Source: Nitrososphaerota archaeon
GTDB taxonomy: Archaea > Thermoproteota > Nitrososphaeria_A > Caldarchaeales > Calditenuaceae
NCBI GenBank assembly: GCA_041641295.1
Contig: JBEPYO010000001.1
Location: forward strand, 1,024,001 to 1,088,000
DNA length: 64,000 nucleotides
Direction of reading: 5' to 3'
Under the pieces are notes generated by a model. The model did no database searches and was not told the origin of the DNA. It worked only from the letters and a program-made list of their open reading frames with translations. The position numbers and the translations under genes are program-made. Below, piece by piece: positions 50,606 to 61,335 of this stretch (position 1 is the first letter of the stretch; each line of letters opens with the position of its first letter).

Positions 50606-52248
50606 CCTAAATTATGACAACCAAAAGCGTAATTGAATCCCGTGTAATATATTTTGTTAAATTTTATATCCATTGCAAACGTTAACTTATAGAACTCCTT
50701 TTCCCCAATTGAGCTCTGCATCTGCTTAGATAATACCACGTATTGTATACCCGCTGGATTTGTGAACCTGTATGATTCGTATTCATATGGTGTCACCAAA
50801 ATAACATTGTTCCGTTGATAAAATGGGTCTCTGAATGATATGAGCGCATTAGTATACATTGTGATTAATTTAACCGGACCTCTCTCTATGAGGAAGTCAG
50901 CCGTCGTTAATTCGCTGGTTAGAACGATCGTATCCAAACTAGTGTCATACATAATATAAGTATTGACAAGGAGGAAGATCGAACTCATAAGTAGGAGGAA
51001 TCCTTTAACCCTCTTACTGCTAGCATGAATAGCATAGGCCCCACTTAATGCTATAGGTAATGAGCCATAAAGCAAAGTCCTTTCCCATAACATGCCTCTA
51101 ACTGCTATTAAAAGGAAAGCAAAGAACAAGGCTATACCAAGCGCGTAAGAGAGTACCACCAGAAAAGACGAATCTCGCTTTCTAAACATATAATAGAACC
51201 CGTAAAGGCCCAAGCTGAAGAAGAATGAATGCTTAGCTACGGAAAGATGACTTAGCAAAAGGTTTTGTGGGGTTCCGATAGCAAGGTAGTCCGCTGCTTC
51301 CAGACCTTTAATAAAAAAGTCTAAGAAGGCCATAATAAATCCTCTTCCCATTTCTGTGACTTGATACGCTCCGTAAATATTCCACAAAAGGAATACGGCT
51401 ATAATCGTTATGATGAACAATAAATGCGGAGTCTTAGGAAAATAGCTTCGGAACCACTTCATTTTTGTGAGACTTAAGGTTAATAGAAAAAGGACAGTGA
51501 ACAAGGATGAGACTGGATGTGTGATCGTGAGCGCCGCGAATAAAAGGACACATAGTAATATACAGGGGGTGGATTTAGAGTTGTACCACCCTAGTAGCTC
51601 TCCAATAAAGTATATAACCATCAAAAAGCCCAAAGCCTGCGGCGAAAAGTGAGTTTGCAACGAATTGTTCTCAGCTATGAATATTAATGAAGTTGTCATA
51701 ACAAAGATGGTCATAGTCGCGATCTTCTTTGAAATTTTACTAAACATTCTGGCAAGCATAAAAAGTCCAATAACCATCTCGACAAGAACTATGACAGGGA
51801 AAAAATACATGAAAAATTCCCCATGTAAACCGGAAATAAACAAAAATATTGATGCGAATATGAAAGCCCCTGGCCAACTATGATATCCAAATGTTGCAGG
51901 GTCTGTATGACTTGTCCACATTATTGCATTAGCCATACCCATATGCGTAAAGCTATCGTAAATCCTAGCGTTTTCTTGTACTAGAGTTGGAGTAAAATGA
52001 ATTATGATTGTAATGAGAACAAGATACATCAAAAGCTTATTATCATCTCCCCCCATTAGTAAAGATGTTATTAGAGGCATGGTTGCAAGAGGTATCGCTA
52101 GCCAAAAGAGTGGAGGTAATATAGTAGCCGGAGATCTGTGAGGGAAAAAGACCAGAAGTTCATCAAAATTCACTCTTGCCAACACGGACGATGCTATCCA
52201 TAAACCAAGCGCTCCCATAATCATTAACAACTTTAATCTACCTAGCAT
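50599..52248 (-). CDS. Polytopic membrane protein (GT-C or polymerase-like)
   Basis: About 13 TMs, YDSFTH, YHSWPG, THPVSS and C-terminal NKIYY. Confidence 0.65.
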   Translation of the reverse strand: MLGRLKLLMIMGALGLWIASSVLARVNFDELLVFFPHRSPATILPPLFWLAIPLATMPLITSLLMGGDDNKLLMYLVLITIIIHFTPTLVQENARIYDSFTHMGMANAIMWTSHTDPATFGYHSWPGAFIFASIFLFISGLHGEFFMYFFPVIVLVEMVIGLFMLARMFSKISKKIATMTIFVMTTSLIFIAENNSLQTHFSPQALGFLMVIYFIGELLGWYNSKSTPCILLCVLLFAALTITHPVSSLFTVLFLLTLSLTKMKWFRSYFPKTPHLLFIITIIAVFLLWNIYGAYQVTEMGRGFIMAFLDFFIKGLEAADYLAIGTPQNLLLSHLSVAKHSFFFSLGLYGFYYMFRKRDSSFLVVLSYALGIALFFAFLLIAVRGMLWERTLLYGSLPIALSGAYAIHASSKRVKGFLLLMSSIFLLVNTYIMYDTSLDTIVLTSELTTADFLIERGPVKLITMYTNALISFRDPFYQRNNVILVTPYEYESYRFTNPAGIQYVVLSKQMQSSIGEKEFYKLTFAMDIKFNKIYYTGFNYAFGCHNLGC

Positions 52249-52390
52249 ACTCGGACGGATGAGTGGGAATGCTACTTTACCCTCTCTTATTCTCGTGTCG
52301 CGATGGTCTTATCTGGCAATCTCTGTACTATACTTTGTTACGCTCTTGCAGTCTCCATCCCAAAGCTCGCCCAAGTTACTCTTTGATCCT

Positions 52391-53587
52391 TCAAACACGT
52401 GACTTAGTGGCCTCTATAAGTAGTTTTAATAGTATACACACATAACGTTTCAAGTCGAGCTCCTTTACGGCTCTTTCATAAGCTTTCTTTTCCAAGTACC
52501 TATACTCCTCGAGGTTACTCAACACATGGCATAACTTTTCTGCCAGCGCGTGTGGATCATTGGGCTTAATAAGTACAGCGGCGTCTCCTACAATAGTCGG
52601 GATTCCCCCTGCATACGTTGCCACCAGTACAGAGCCAGAGGCTAAAGCCTCAATAGCTACGTTAGGTGATCTATCGCTGCTAGCATACTCCAAGAACCTT
52701 GAAGGGAGTACCACTACGTCGCTAGCTCTATAGAGGAGCGGAATATCTTCGTGCCTCAAGTAGCTGTACAATGCAACCATACCTCTTGCCACATACCTTG
52801 CTAGCTTCTTTTTGTACGTATTCTTCAGTTCAACCTTATCATGTAGAAGTCTCGATATAGGTAAGAGAAAGACTACATTCACTTCATTGCAAATTTCTTG
52901 TATAATTTCGATCGCATCCAGAAGTACATCCGCACCCTTGCAGTATGAAAGCTCCTCTATAAACACGCACCATTTCTTATTTAAGAGGCCCTCCCATAGA
53001 CCCAAGACTTTCAGCATATTTTTCTTAGCATGTTCTCTTGGCATGGAGATAAGCCTGCTAAACCTCTTTATATTTACGCCATGTACAAGAACTACCGGCG
53101 GCGTTTTACGCCTGATGTTTAATATTTCAAGTACATATCTTTTAGAAGCGAATGACTCACATACTAAAACATGGGAGTGATTGTAGACTAGTTTTATAAC
53201 GCCTATCTTTATTCTCTGAAGCAGTCTTAAGAAAGAATTGTTGAGACGAGTTATATTATTCTCTTCAACTACAACTAGAGTCTTCGCTCCTAATAGTCTT
53301 GAGACGAAGTAGATAATCAATCCAGCCATGCCTTCTATCCCAAATATTATAACAGCGTGAGGTCTATAGCGTATATACCTAATTAATTCGAGCAATCCTA
53401 TGGCCTTGTGGCTAGCTATAGTTACAGGGATAGGCTTTAATACCTCCGCTTGCTTCAACAAATCTTTGAAAGGGTAGTTACCATATACCTCACAAGTAAA
53501 CAGCTTTGCCTCAACCATGTCATTTATAATTGTCAGCATATCCGCGTGAAACGGGTAAATGAAGGGTGTAAATATCGCTATTCTCAA
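52391..53587 (-). CDS. Glycosyltransferase family 4
   Basis: HGVNIKRF, KGADVLL and DVVVLPS...EALASG motifs. Confidence 0.9.
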   Translation of the reverse strand: MRIAIFTPFIYPFHADMLTIINDMVEAKLFTCEVYGNYPFKDLLKQAEVLKPIPVTIASHKAIGLLELIRYIRYRPHAVIIFGIEGMAGLIIYFVSRLLGAKTLVVVEENNITRLNNSFLRLLQRIKIGVIKLVYNHSHVLVCESFASKRYVLEILNIRRKTPPVVLVHGVNIKRFSRLISMPREHAKKNMLKVLGLWEGLLNKKWCVFIEELSYCKGADVLLDAIEIIQEICNEVNVVFLLPISRLLHDKVELKNTYKKKLARYVARGMVALYSYLRHEDIPLLYRASDVVVLPSRFLEYASSDRSPNVAIEALASGSVLVATYAGGIPTIVGDAAVLIKPNDPHALAEKLCHVLSNLEEYRYLEKKAYERAVKELDLKRYVCILLKLLIEATKSRV

Positions 53588-54004
53588 CGTCTTACAGCGC
53601 TATCAAATTTCTACTTAAGTTTTTTCTGATGTGTCTTGGACAAATTTGTTTTTGTTGGTTTATGCATATCTTTTGAGGAAAGAATCATAGTGTAGAATAT
53701 CTCAGGCTTTTAACATATGATCTTATAACGTGTTTAACCCTCGTATTTCCGCACTTCCTTTGAGACGGATCTAACATTCACTCGCTCTACGAGGATTTCC
53801 AGTATGATTTTAAACGCTCCGGAAGGCGTATCGAAAAGGAGGCCTTTTAGCCAGTGTGAGATCTATAGGTTAATAGCCTAGATATTGCTCGTAACCATCG
53901 CCAAATTTACATCCTAGTATGTCTTGCAAACTCGCTAGCGGATGTATATCCGCAAAGTCTGTGTCGCCGGTTACAGAGGCGATGCGTGCGCGAATCATTT
54001 TTCA

Positions 54005-55147
54005 TCAATACAGCATGGAATTATGGTAGAGATCCAGCGAAATGCGGGCTATCTCGTCCCAAGTTATAAGCTTTTCTCTGCCTCTAGCGCCTAGGTCTTT
54101 AGCTAGCACTCTATCTTCCAGCAGTGTCAATATAGCATCAGCCAATGCCCTAGCGTCTCTGGGAGGCACTATGATTCCATCTACCAAGTGCTTGACCCTG
54201 TACGGCACCTCACCCACGCTAGAGGCTATAACAGCCTTACCCCTAGCCCACGCTTCACTTATTACCAAAGAGTATACCTCTGCATAGTTGCATACGCTAG
54301 GCAATATAAGGCATGTTGAAGCGTCTATTGCTGCTACCTTTACTCGTTCATCAACAGGACCTAAGAATAATGTCTTGTCTCTTATTCTCAATTTTTCTGC
54401 CACATCCACATACCTCTTAACATCACCGGGACCTACAAACACAAACACAACGTCATGTACTGCTTTTAAAACATAGGATGCAGCTTCCAATAGCACGCTC
54501 ACACCTTTGAGGGGGTGAAGCCTCCCGACATAAAGTATTACATTGTTGAATAGACCATATCTGACCCTAAACTCTTCCTCAAGGCTTGGCAACTCGAGGA
54601 GTTCCCTGTCTATTCCATCAGGCACGTAGTGTAAGTGTTTGGCACCATATCTTCTCTCGAGGATCTTCATGTCCCTTAGGCTTTTCACAAGCTTTAGATC
54701 AGCTACACTTAGAGCCCTCAAGGTAGTCCACCTTCCGTAGAATCTTCCAACAGTCCTAACTATTGTATCAGGGTGGTCTGACAGCGCATCTACAGCCATG
54801 AAGTGGACGGCTATCTTGGCACCTAGGCTCTTGGCCCTCTCTGCAATCGTCATGTTGAAGAGAGAGTTTTGGGAGTGAACATGAACTACATCGGCATCCT
54901 TAAACAACTTCTTGTCGAGCTCGCTGGGTACCGTAAGGTCAGGATAATGCAGTCTCAAAGCCTTAACTCTGTGTACGTAAACTCCGTTCAGCACCCCTTC
55001 AACGTAGACGCCACTACTCACTATGTTGCTAGTAACCACATGCACTTCATGATCTAACCTCGCTTGCTCTTCTGCTAACTTCTGTACGACTTTCTCAATA
55101 CCTCCAGGGGTTGGATAGTAGCTATGATGGACGTGTACTATGCGCAT
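54005..55147 (-). CDS. Glycosyltransferase family 4
   Basis: PGGIE, VGRLHPLKG and EVYSLVISEAW motifs. Confidence 0.93.
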   Translation of the reverse strand: MRIVHVHHSYYPTPGGIEKVVQKLAEEQARLDHEVHVVTSNIVSSGVYVEGVLNGVYVHRVKALRLHYPDLTVPSELDKKLFKDADVVHVHSQNSLFNMTIAERAKSLGAKIAVHFMAVDALSDHPDTIVRTVGRFYGRWTTLRALSVADLKLVKSLRDMKILERRYGAKHLHYVPDGIDRELLELPSLEEEFRVRYGLFNNVILYVGRLHPLKGVSVLLEAASYVLKAVHDVVFVFVGPGDVKRYVDVAEKLRIRDKTLFLGPVDERVKVAAIDASTCLILPSVCNYAEVYSLVISEAWARGKAVIASSVGEVPYRVKHLVDGIIVPPRDARALADAILTLLEDRVLAKDLGARGREKLITWDEIARISLDLYHNSMLY

Positions 55148-56262
55148 AGCTGCTTATAGACTTCCTCGTATTTTGGAAGTATCTTTGACCATGAATGCTG
55201 AAGAGCCCACTCTCTCGCATTAATGCTAAGTTTTTTGTAAAGTTTTTTGTCTATTAGCAACGTTACTATTTTCTCTCCGAAGTCATTTGGGCTCGGCTTC
55301 GCGTAGAGACTCGTCTTTCTTGGAGGTGCTGTATATAGTTGTCCCCCATTCCCGGTTATAACGCAAGGCTTTCCGAACGCTTGAGCCTCAAGAAGAGCTA
55401 TGCCGAACGGCTCATAAAGTGCCGGATGAGCGAAGACTAAGCACCCAGAGTATAGCCTGCTTTTTTCGTCCTCTGATACTATGCCTAGGTACTCAAAGTC
55501 TATACCGCGCTTCTGCCCATAGCTCTTCAGCTTCATCACCAGCCCCTCGTTGGGGCCAGCTAGCATCAGCCTCGCAGCTGGAACCTCTTTCTTCACATGC
55601 ATCATAGCCTTGACTAGTAAATCAACATTTTTTGATCGGCTGATCCTACCCAAATACAGCACTATTGGACTCTTTTCTTCGCTCTGGGCCGAAGCGACGA
55701 GTCTGTCATCTATGCCATTAGGTACGATGACCACCTTCTCATCCTTAGCATGTAGCTCTTTCACAAGCACTCTTCTTTCCTGCGGCGTCAGTGCTATTAC
55801 TTTGTCATAGCTGTTCACGACGTTTTTCATAAACAAGTCCACGGTTTGATGGTAAAGCCAAGTCATCAATACAAGCTGGCCGAGTATGTGGAAAGGTGCA
55901 TGAGCATGAAGTACTGCTCTGAAGTTAAACCTTGCCTTGAGCTTTGCCACCTGAAACACATGGGGATGCCTCCACACGTGAACATGAACTAGATCTGGTC
56001 TAAGTTTTCTCAGCACTTCAGGTAGCTCAGTGCTGTATGTCCCGTGGCTCCAGATGACGTTAGGTTTCAACCTGACTACATGGACATTGTTGATGGTCTC
56101 TTCCTTAGATAGAGAACCCTCGCCACCAACTCTTAACCTATTATAAGTTACGACGTAAAGCTCGTTACCCTTAGAGGCCATGTATTCCGCTACCCTCTTA
56201 ACAACCTCCTCAACACCACCAATGACGGGATAGTAAAATGGAGCTATGTGAACTATTCTCAT
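55138..56262 (-). CDS. Glycosyltransferase family 4
   Basis: IGGVE, VPNGID, LGRISRSKN and EPFGIALLEA motifs. Confidence 0.93.
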   Translation of the reverse strand: MRIVHIAPFYYPVIGGVEEVVKRVAEYMASKGNELYVVTYNRLRVGGEGSLSKEETINNVHVVRLKPNVIWSHGTYSTELPEVLRKLRPDLVHVHVWRHPHVFQVAKLKARFNFRAVLHAHAPFHILGQLVLMTWLYHQTVDLFMKNVVNSYDKVIALTPQERRVLVKELHAKDEKVVIVPNGIDDRLVASAQSEEKSPIVLYLGRISRSKNVDLLVKAMMHVKKEVPAARLMLAGPNEGLVMKLKSYGQKRGIDFEYLGIVSEDEKSRLYSGCLVFAHPALYEPFGIALLEAQAFGKPCVITGNGGQLYTAPPRKTSLYAKPSPNDFGEKIVTLLIDKKLYKKLSINAREWALQHSWSKILPKYEEVYKQLCA

Positions 56263-56264
56263 CG

Positions 56265-56945
56265 TTAAGGCTTTACTGCTAAGACTATTAACCTTCTAGC
56301 TAAGGATGCTTTCAGTGAGAAGAAATTATCTAATAGTCTGAAGAAAATATTCTTAGGGTGAATGTCGGAGGCTCTGGCGACCTTTACCACTTTGAAACCA
56401 TGATACTCTAAAATCTCTTTCAAGGCTCTTAGTGTGAAAGCCCTTATGTGCCCTGAAGGCATGCCGAAGATCCCCTCTCTGTAGGGGACACCAACTATGG
56501 TCTCCATTGAGACCTCGACATTATAAGGTTGGTAGCCGAGAAGGAAGACTACCCTATTGACCCAGCTAGCCAGGTTCGGCGTCGAGATAAGCAAGGTATC
56601 ACCTCTTCTGAGGACTCTGCAAGCCTCCTTCAGCATATGGTCAGGATTAGTCAAATGCTCTATCACCTCAAATGAAGATACTACATCAAAAAACTCGTCC
56701 GGGAAGGAGGGGCTCTCGATGTTTAGATCCAGCCTGTAGGCTTTTATCCCTCGATGATTGGCTCTCGAGACGGCCCCCTCCCTGACATCAATCCCATAGA
56801 TCTCCCTCGCTTGTAGTCTCTCTCCTAGGAGTAGGGATATTTCGCCATCACCGCAACCCAAGTCAAGAAGTCTTTCCACTTTGCCAACAATGCTAGTTAC
56901 CAACTCTAGAGCCACTTTAACCCTTGGCAAAAGTTCTGCAGACAT
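56265..56945 (-). CDS. Class I SAM-dependent methyltransferase
   Basis: LLDLGCGDG, FEVIEHL, STPN and GHIRAFT motifs. Start ATG 56945 overlaps the GT2 stop (TAATG). Confidence 0.9.
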   Translation of the reverse strand: MSAELLPRVKVALELVTSIVGKVERLLDLGCGDGEISLLLGERLQAREIYGIDVREGAVSRANHRGIKAYRLDLNIESPSFPDEFFDVVSSFEVIEHLTNPDHMLKEACRVLRRGDTLLISTPNLASWVNRVVFLLGYQPYNVEVSMETIVGVPYREGIFGMPSGHIRAFTLRALKEILEYHGFKVVKVARASDIHPKNIFFRLLDNFFSLKASLARRLIVLAVKP

Positions 56946-58051
56946 TATTCCTTGGACTCCTTCCGCCATACTATCTCCCTCGTCCATAGGTTCCTTAAAA
57001 CTCCTACCGCTAAAAAGAATTGCTGAACTATCCATGTTCTATACTGTTTTATACTCAATAGAGCGAGTCCTAGTATCAGGATTGCTAGGGCTGTTGGAGA
57101 ATATGCGACTAGTGCGCTTATCATTAGCAAGATTGCTACTGCGAGTAGCAATGATGGGTTTACTAGGTGCAGGAATGACTCTATGAGCAGTATTTTCTTG
57201 AACTCTCTCGGCGCCCGCTTTACCATTTTTAGCGTTTTGGCGAAGTGCTGTATTAGGTGCTGAGCTCTTCTAACCCTCCACCAGAAGTAGTCCTTATTGG
57301 GGACGGCTTCTTCCACCCAGATGTCTTCTGGCGTTATTGCTCTGAAACCGATTAGCGCCATCCTAGTTGCAGTGTGGCTGTCGTCTGCGCCGATATCTGT
57401 GGGGAAGCCGCCCAGCTTTTCTATGAGGTCTCTCCTGAAGGCCGCTAGTTCTCCATGGAATATTGGCGTGGCATAGGCCTTGCTCTCGGCGACTCTTAAG
57501 ATATTGTAGTAATGTCTGTAGTCTTCCTCGACACCTTTAACCCCGTCTCCCACAGGCTTCTTCAGGCATGATATGGCCCCGATCTCTGGGTCTGCGAACC
57601 ACTTTAAAGCCTCTGGAAGTGCTTTGTTAGGCCATGAAGCGTCAACATCGGCCAGAACTATAATCTCGCCGTTAGCATGTTTTAGTGCATTGTTAAGTGC
57701 GTAGGCCTTCCCCCTCCTATAAGCCTCCCTGACCAGCTTGAGACTCACGTCTCCATGCTTAGAAGCCCATTCTTCAACGAGCTCGGCTGTACCATCATCG
57801 CTTGCACTATCAACGACTATTATCTCCATGAGTTCTTTCGGATAGTCTTGGGAGTAAATATTGTCGAGCCTGCTCCAGATCAGCTTGGCCTCCCTATATG
57901 TAGGCACTATAATCGATGCTCTGGGCTTATACTCTTCGTCAACTTTAACATTCCAAGGCCTCGGCAGCCACTTCGCTTTAGCATACTGGTAGTAGATTAG
58001 CGGTACACCGAAGTGAATCCCGGCCAGCATCAAGGCTAAAAGGTCTAACAT
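56945..58051 (-). CDS. Glycosyltransferase family 2 (processive/CESA-like signature)
   Basis: VDSASDD, GKAYALN, DVD, GADD and RVRRA motifs; flanking TMs. Confidence 0.9.
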   Translation of the reverse strand: MLDLLALMLAGIHFGVPLIYYQYAKAKWLPRPWNVKVDEEYKPRASIIVPTYREAKLIWSRLDNIYSQDYPKELMEIIVVDSASDDGTAELVEEWASKHGDVSLKLVREAYRRGKAYALNNALKHANGEIIVLADVDASWPNKALPEALKWFADPEIGAISCLKKPVGDGVKGVEEDYRHYYNILRVAESKAYATPIFHGELAAFRRDLIEKLGGFPTDIGADDSHTATRMALIGFRAITPEDIWVEEAVPNKDYFWWRVRRAQHLIQHFAKTLKMVKRAPREFKKILLIESFLHLVNPSLLLAVAILLMISALVAYSPTALAILILGLALLSIKQYRTWIVQQFFLAVGVLRNLWTREIVWRKESKE

Positions 58052-58202
58052 GTTTTCTCTAAAAAAGCTGGGACGTTCGGCAATAGCTCCGTTGCCTAAA
58101 GCTCACATCTAGGAAAGTTGCTGGTGTAGCAGTGATTTAGCACAGTGAAAATGCTTAGCTTAGATCCTATGAAGACGAAGTGTGTGAATTTAGGATTCTG
58201 CG

Positions 58203-59666
58203 TCATGGTTTGTTGATTATTTCTACTTTCTGCAGGCGGTATTTCCTGTATGCTGAGGCTGAGAGTAGTCCGAGAGTTAGGAGTGAGAGTGAGACCATTA
58301 TAGGGTTGAGCCTTATGCCCCATGGCGTATAGTTAAGGACGAGACCTACTAGTGGGACGAGTGCCAAGCTCAGGCCTATGGAGAGTGCAAGCCTTTCCAG
58401 GGGACTTAGCTCCTCTCCGCGCGGGTAGAGTGCCTCGACCAGCGAGTATCCTGGGAGGAAGAGCACGAATAGCGAGCCCAAAGCCATACGCATGATAGAG
58501 AGTGCTGGATGGATGTTTGATAGGTAGACTGTTAGGATGCTTAGGATTACTAGGCCTGCCGAGACCATGAAGCCTATGTTGTGTCTTGAAACCATGTAGA
58601 TTACGAAGGTTTGTGGAGGGTTTGGGTCCACGAGCTTTAGGGCGCCTCGGCGGATCAGGTTGAAGACGGCCTTTGCCATCTTGCTCGTTGTGTACCCTGT
58701 GCTACCTGAAAAGACTAGGTTCTCTAGGCTGAGGGGGTTTTGAGACTTCACTAGTCTTCGGACTGTCTTCTCTACGTCGCTTAGGCCTTCGTCGCCACCT
58801 TCTCTCCATACAAGCCTCCAATTCCTATAGAACTTGGCTAGGTTAATCCATAGCCTCTCCCGAAGATAGATGTAGCCACCGACACCTGCGGTGGCTGCAG
58901 CTGCTAGCCCGCCTATGCCAGTGAAAAGCCTGAGCCTCGCGGCCTCGATGCCCTGCCTCGAGACTTCAGGCTCCATGGAGACTACCTTCAAGGCTAGATC
59001 GCTTGCTTCAGTCGCGTTTCCAGCCATGGCGCTGGACAGAGCCTTTCTGAGGAGCCCTACCATCTTCGATATGTCTCCGCCGTTTGACTCAGCCCTTCTC
59101 ACCGCAAGATATCCGTCTAGGATTGGCTTCTCCAGCTCAGGATTTAGGAAGGACGCCATGGAGACTGTCCGCTCGGCACCGCTCGTCACGTTGAGCCAGA
59201 GCTGGTTCCATCTGCCGTGGTATGTGAATTGTCCTAGCGTCTCATTGTAAGTCCACATCTCGAATACGAGTCTCACATTATCGCCCGGAGTATTCAACAC
59301 TATATCTACTGGGATGGTGTCGGAGGAGTTATGCGCTAGTATGGTCCTGACCTCCATTATAGGCTCAGCCGCTAAAGGCACAGTGGCGTTAACTGTGGAA
59401 TTTCTGTCACCTACCTTAACGAGGACCTGGTAATACATCACGCGGCCCTCGTGGTTCCCAACGTAGACATTGAGTCTGAAGGGCTGCCCAGCCATGACTA
59501 CCCTCGGGTAATCGGCTATCTTCCCCTTCGGCCCCAGGAGACCTAGCTCGGAGAAGGGTTCTACTACGCGCCCAGCATTCAAAACTTGAACCGCGGCGAA
59601 GACTCCTGAAATCAAAAGTATGGCGGCTATCACAGCCAAAACTTCGTCGTTGAAGACCCAGCTCAT
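58203..59666 (-). CDS. DUF1616 domain protein (rearranged/fused)
   Basis: EPFSELGLLG...DYP beta domain at the N-terminus; LFLPGYSL...LERLALSIGLSL...YTPWGI TM block at the C-terminus. Confidence 0.8.
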   Translation of the reverse strand: MSWVFNDEVLAVIAAILLISGVFAAVQVLNAGRVVEPFSELGLLGPKGKIADYPRVVMAGQPFRLNVYVGNHEGRVMYYQVLVKVGDRNSTVNATVPLAAEPIMEVRTILAHNSSDTIPVDIVLNTPGDNVRLVFEMWTYNETLGQFTYHGRWNQLWLNVTSGAERTVSMASFLNPELEKPILDGYLAVRRAESNGGDISKMVGLLRKALSSAMAGNATEASDLALKVVSMEPEVSRQGIEAARLRLFTGIGGLAAAATAGVGGYIYLRERLWINLAKFYRNWRLVWREGGDEGLSDVEKTVRRLVKSQNPLSLENLVFSGSTGYTTSKMAKAVFNLIRRGALKLVDPNPPQTFVIYMVSRHNIGFMVSAGLVILSILTVYLSNIHPALSIMRMALGSLFVLFLPGYSLVEALYPRGEELSPLERLALSIGLSLALVPLVGLVLNYTPWGIRLNPIMVSLSLLTLGLLSASAYRKYRLQKVEIINKP

Positions 59667-59765
59667 CAGGCACCAGCCCCACTTTTAAGGGCCAGCTCAC
59701 CCTCCAGCCTGATTGTGTCGCAACTGTGTAAATCTTTCAAAGCCGATATAGCTTGAGGTCTCAAG

Positions 59766-61265
59766 TTAGCCTGACTTCCCGCCGACAGCCCTGAGGATCC
59801 TTCTCTCAACCCTCTTTAGGAGCAGTGATATGGTGGCTAGTGTGAATCCCTGGAGACCGATTACGAGGAGGACGAGGTCGAGCCAGGCCCAGCCCAGCGA
59901 CCATCTTTCAGCCCCGAAAACATAGCGGATGTATAGCTGCCATATCAAGATGAGCGCGCCTGGAACTGCTAGGAGCGCGGCTATGGCGGAGAGGAGGAAG
60001 ACTGGGTTGTAAAGCCAAGCCATCTTGAAGACCGTTACCAGAATGTTAAACCCATCCTTCCAGCTCTGGAGCTTTCTACGCCCAATCCTTCTCCTGTAGC
60101 TTATTGGTATCTCAGCCACCTTGCCGAGGTTGGAGAGTTGGGCCGCGATTTCAGCCTCAACAGCGAAGCCCTTGGATGTGAGTTCCAAATTTCTAACACT
60201 ATCTGTCTTTAAGACATACATACCGCTGCATGGGTCGTTTAGCCTGCGACCCATAAGCAGGCTCAAGGCCGTGCTGATAATACGGTTCCCAAGTCTATGA
60301 AGAGGTGGGATGTTGTGCCTATCCATCCTGAGGCCTATAACCTCATCATATTCTGGGGCGATGCTCAGCAGCCTTTTAATGTCCCTTGCATCATAGGTGC
60401 CGTCGCCATCCATCAGGACCATGAAGGGTGTATCAACGACTTCTATTGCGGTTCTAATGGCTCCGGCCTTACCGGCTCCACGCTGATAAATGACCTTAAC
60501 ACCTCTTTCCCTAGCAATCTCCACGGTTTTATCAGTCGAGTATCCGTCCACAACGAGAATATTGTCGTAGCCCTCACTTTTAAGCTCATCTATGACCGTC
60601 CCTATGGCCTCAGCCTCATTCAGCGTAGGTATAACAATGGTCACATGTTCCGGCGATACGTTCCCACCTCTCAGGGCGGGCATCTGAGCAGGGCCTTCAG
60701 GATCAGCCACTCTATTTGGGCCCGTAACAATGTTAGGAGGCGTGAGTGTTACTGTGCTCCCACGGCGCATTACAATGCCCAGCAACATTGCCGTAAGCAA
60801 TGTGAGGGAGATGACCAGTCCTTCGCCGGTGAGGAGTGGGGCGTCGAAGCTTTTGAGGGCTTGGAAGGTTGTGGGCTCTGTAGCCAGCGCTAGGGTTGGG
60901 ATGAGGTTGATGGAGCTGCCGATGTGAAATGTCAGGTCCGTCTCAATCCACAGAGACTCCCTATAGACGGGCCAGAACAGTGGCGTGGCTCCTGAGAAGG
61001 TGTCGAGCAGCGTATGTGAGGCTAGCGCGGAGAAGGCTAGGACGCATGTGCGCATCCCTCTCTTCATAACGTGGGCCATTATGGTGGGAGGGAGGAAGAC
61101 TGCCGCATAAACGGGAATAGAGTGGGATAGCGACCTGTGCACGAGAAAGAGGACGTCAAAGTCGGGGGCTAACGCAAGAAGCGCTAGGGGTAAAGCCTTT
61201 TTAGGGCTTAGGCCCAGGAGAACAAGCATAACGAATGGGACGGTGAAGTGTATCAGAGGCTCCAT
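59766..61265 (-). CDS. Fusion of YdjM/DUF457-like membrane metal hydrolase and DPM1-like GT2
   Basis: N-part: H...PDFD...HRSLSHS...SHTLLD. C-part: IPTLNE, VDGYSTD, MDGDGTYD, DPCSG, FAVEAE and two TMs. Confidence 0.85.
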   Translation of the reverse strand: MEPLIHFTVPFVMLVLLGLSPKKALPLALLALAPDFDVLFLVHRSLSHSIPVYAAVFLPPTIMAHVMKRGMRTCVLAFSALASHTLLDTFSGATPLFWPVYRESLWIETDLTFHIGSSINLIPTLALATEPTTFQALKSFDAPLLTGEGLVISLTLLTAMLLGIVMRRGSTVTLTPPNIVTGPNRVADPEGPAQMPALRGGNVSPEHVTIVIPTLNEAEAIGTVIDELKSEGYDNILVVDGYSTDKTVEIARERGVKVIYQRGAGKAGAIRTAIEVVDTPFMVLMDGDGTYDARDIKRLLSIAPEYDEVIGLRMDRHNIPPLHRLGNRIISTALSLLMGRRLNDPCSGMYVLKTDSVRNLELTSKGFAVEAEIAAQLSNLGKVAEIPISYRRRIGRRKLQSWKDGFNILVTVFKMAWLYNPVFLLSAIAALLAVPGALILIWQLYIRYVFGAERWSLGWAWLDLVLLVIGLQGFTLATISLLLKRVERRILRAVGGKSG

Positions 61266-61335
61266 GCAGACTTAACCGCAATCCTCACTGGCATCCTTGG
61301 AGGGAGCTAAAATCCCAAAATCAAAGTCTAACGTT

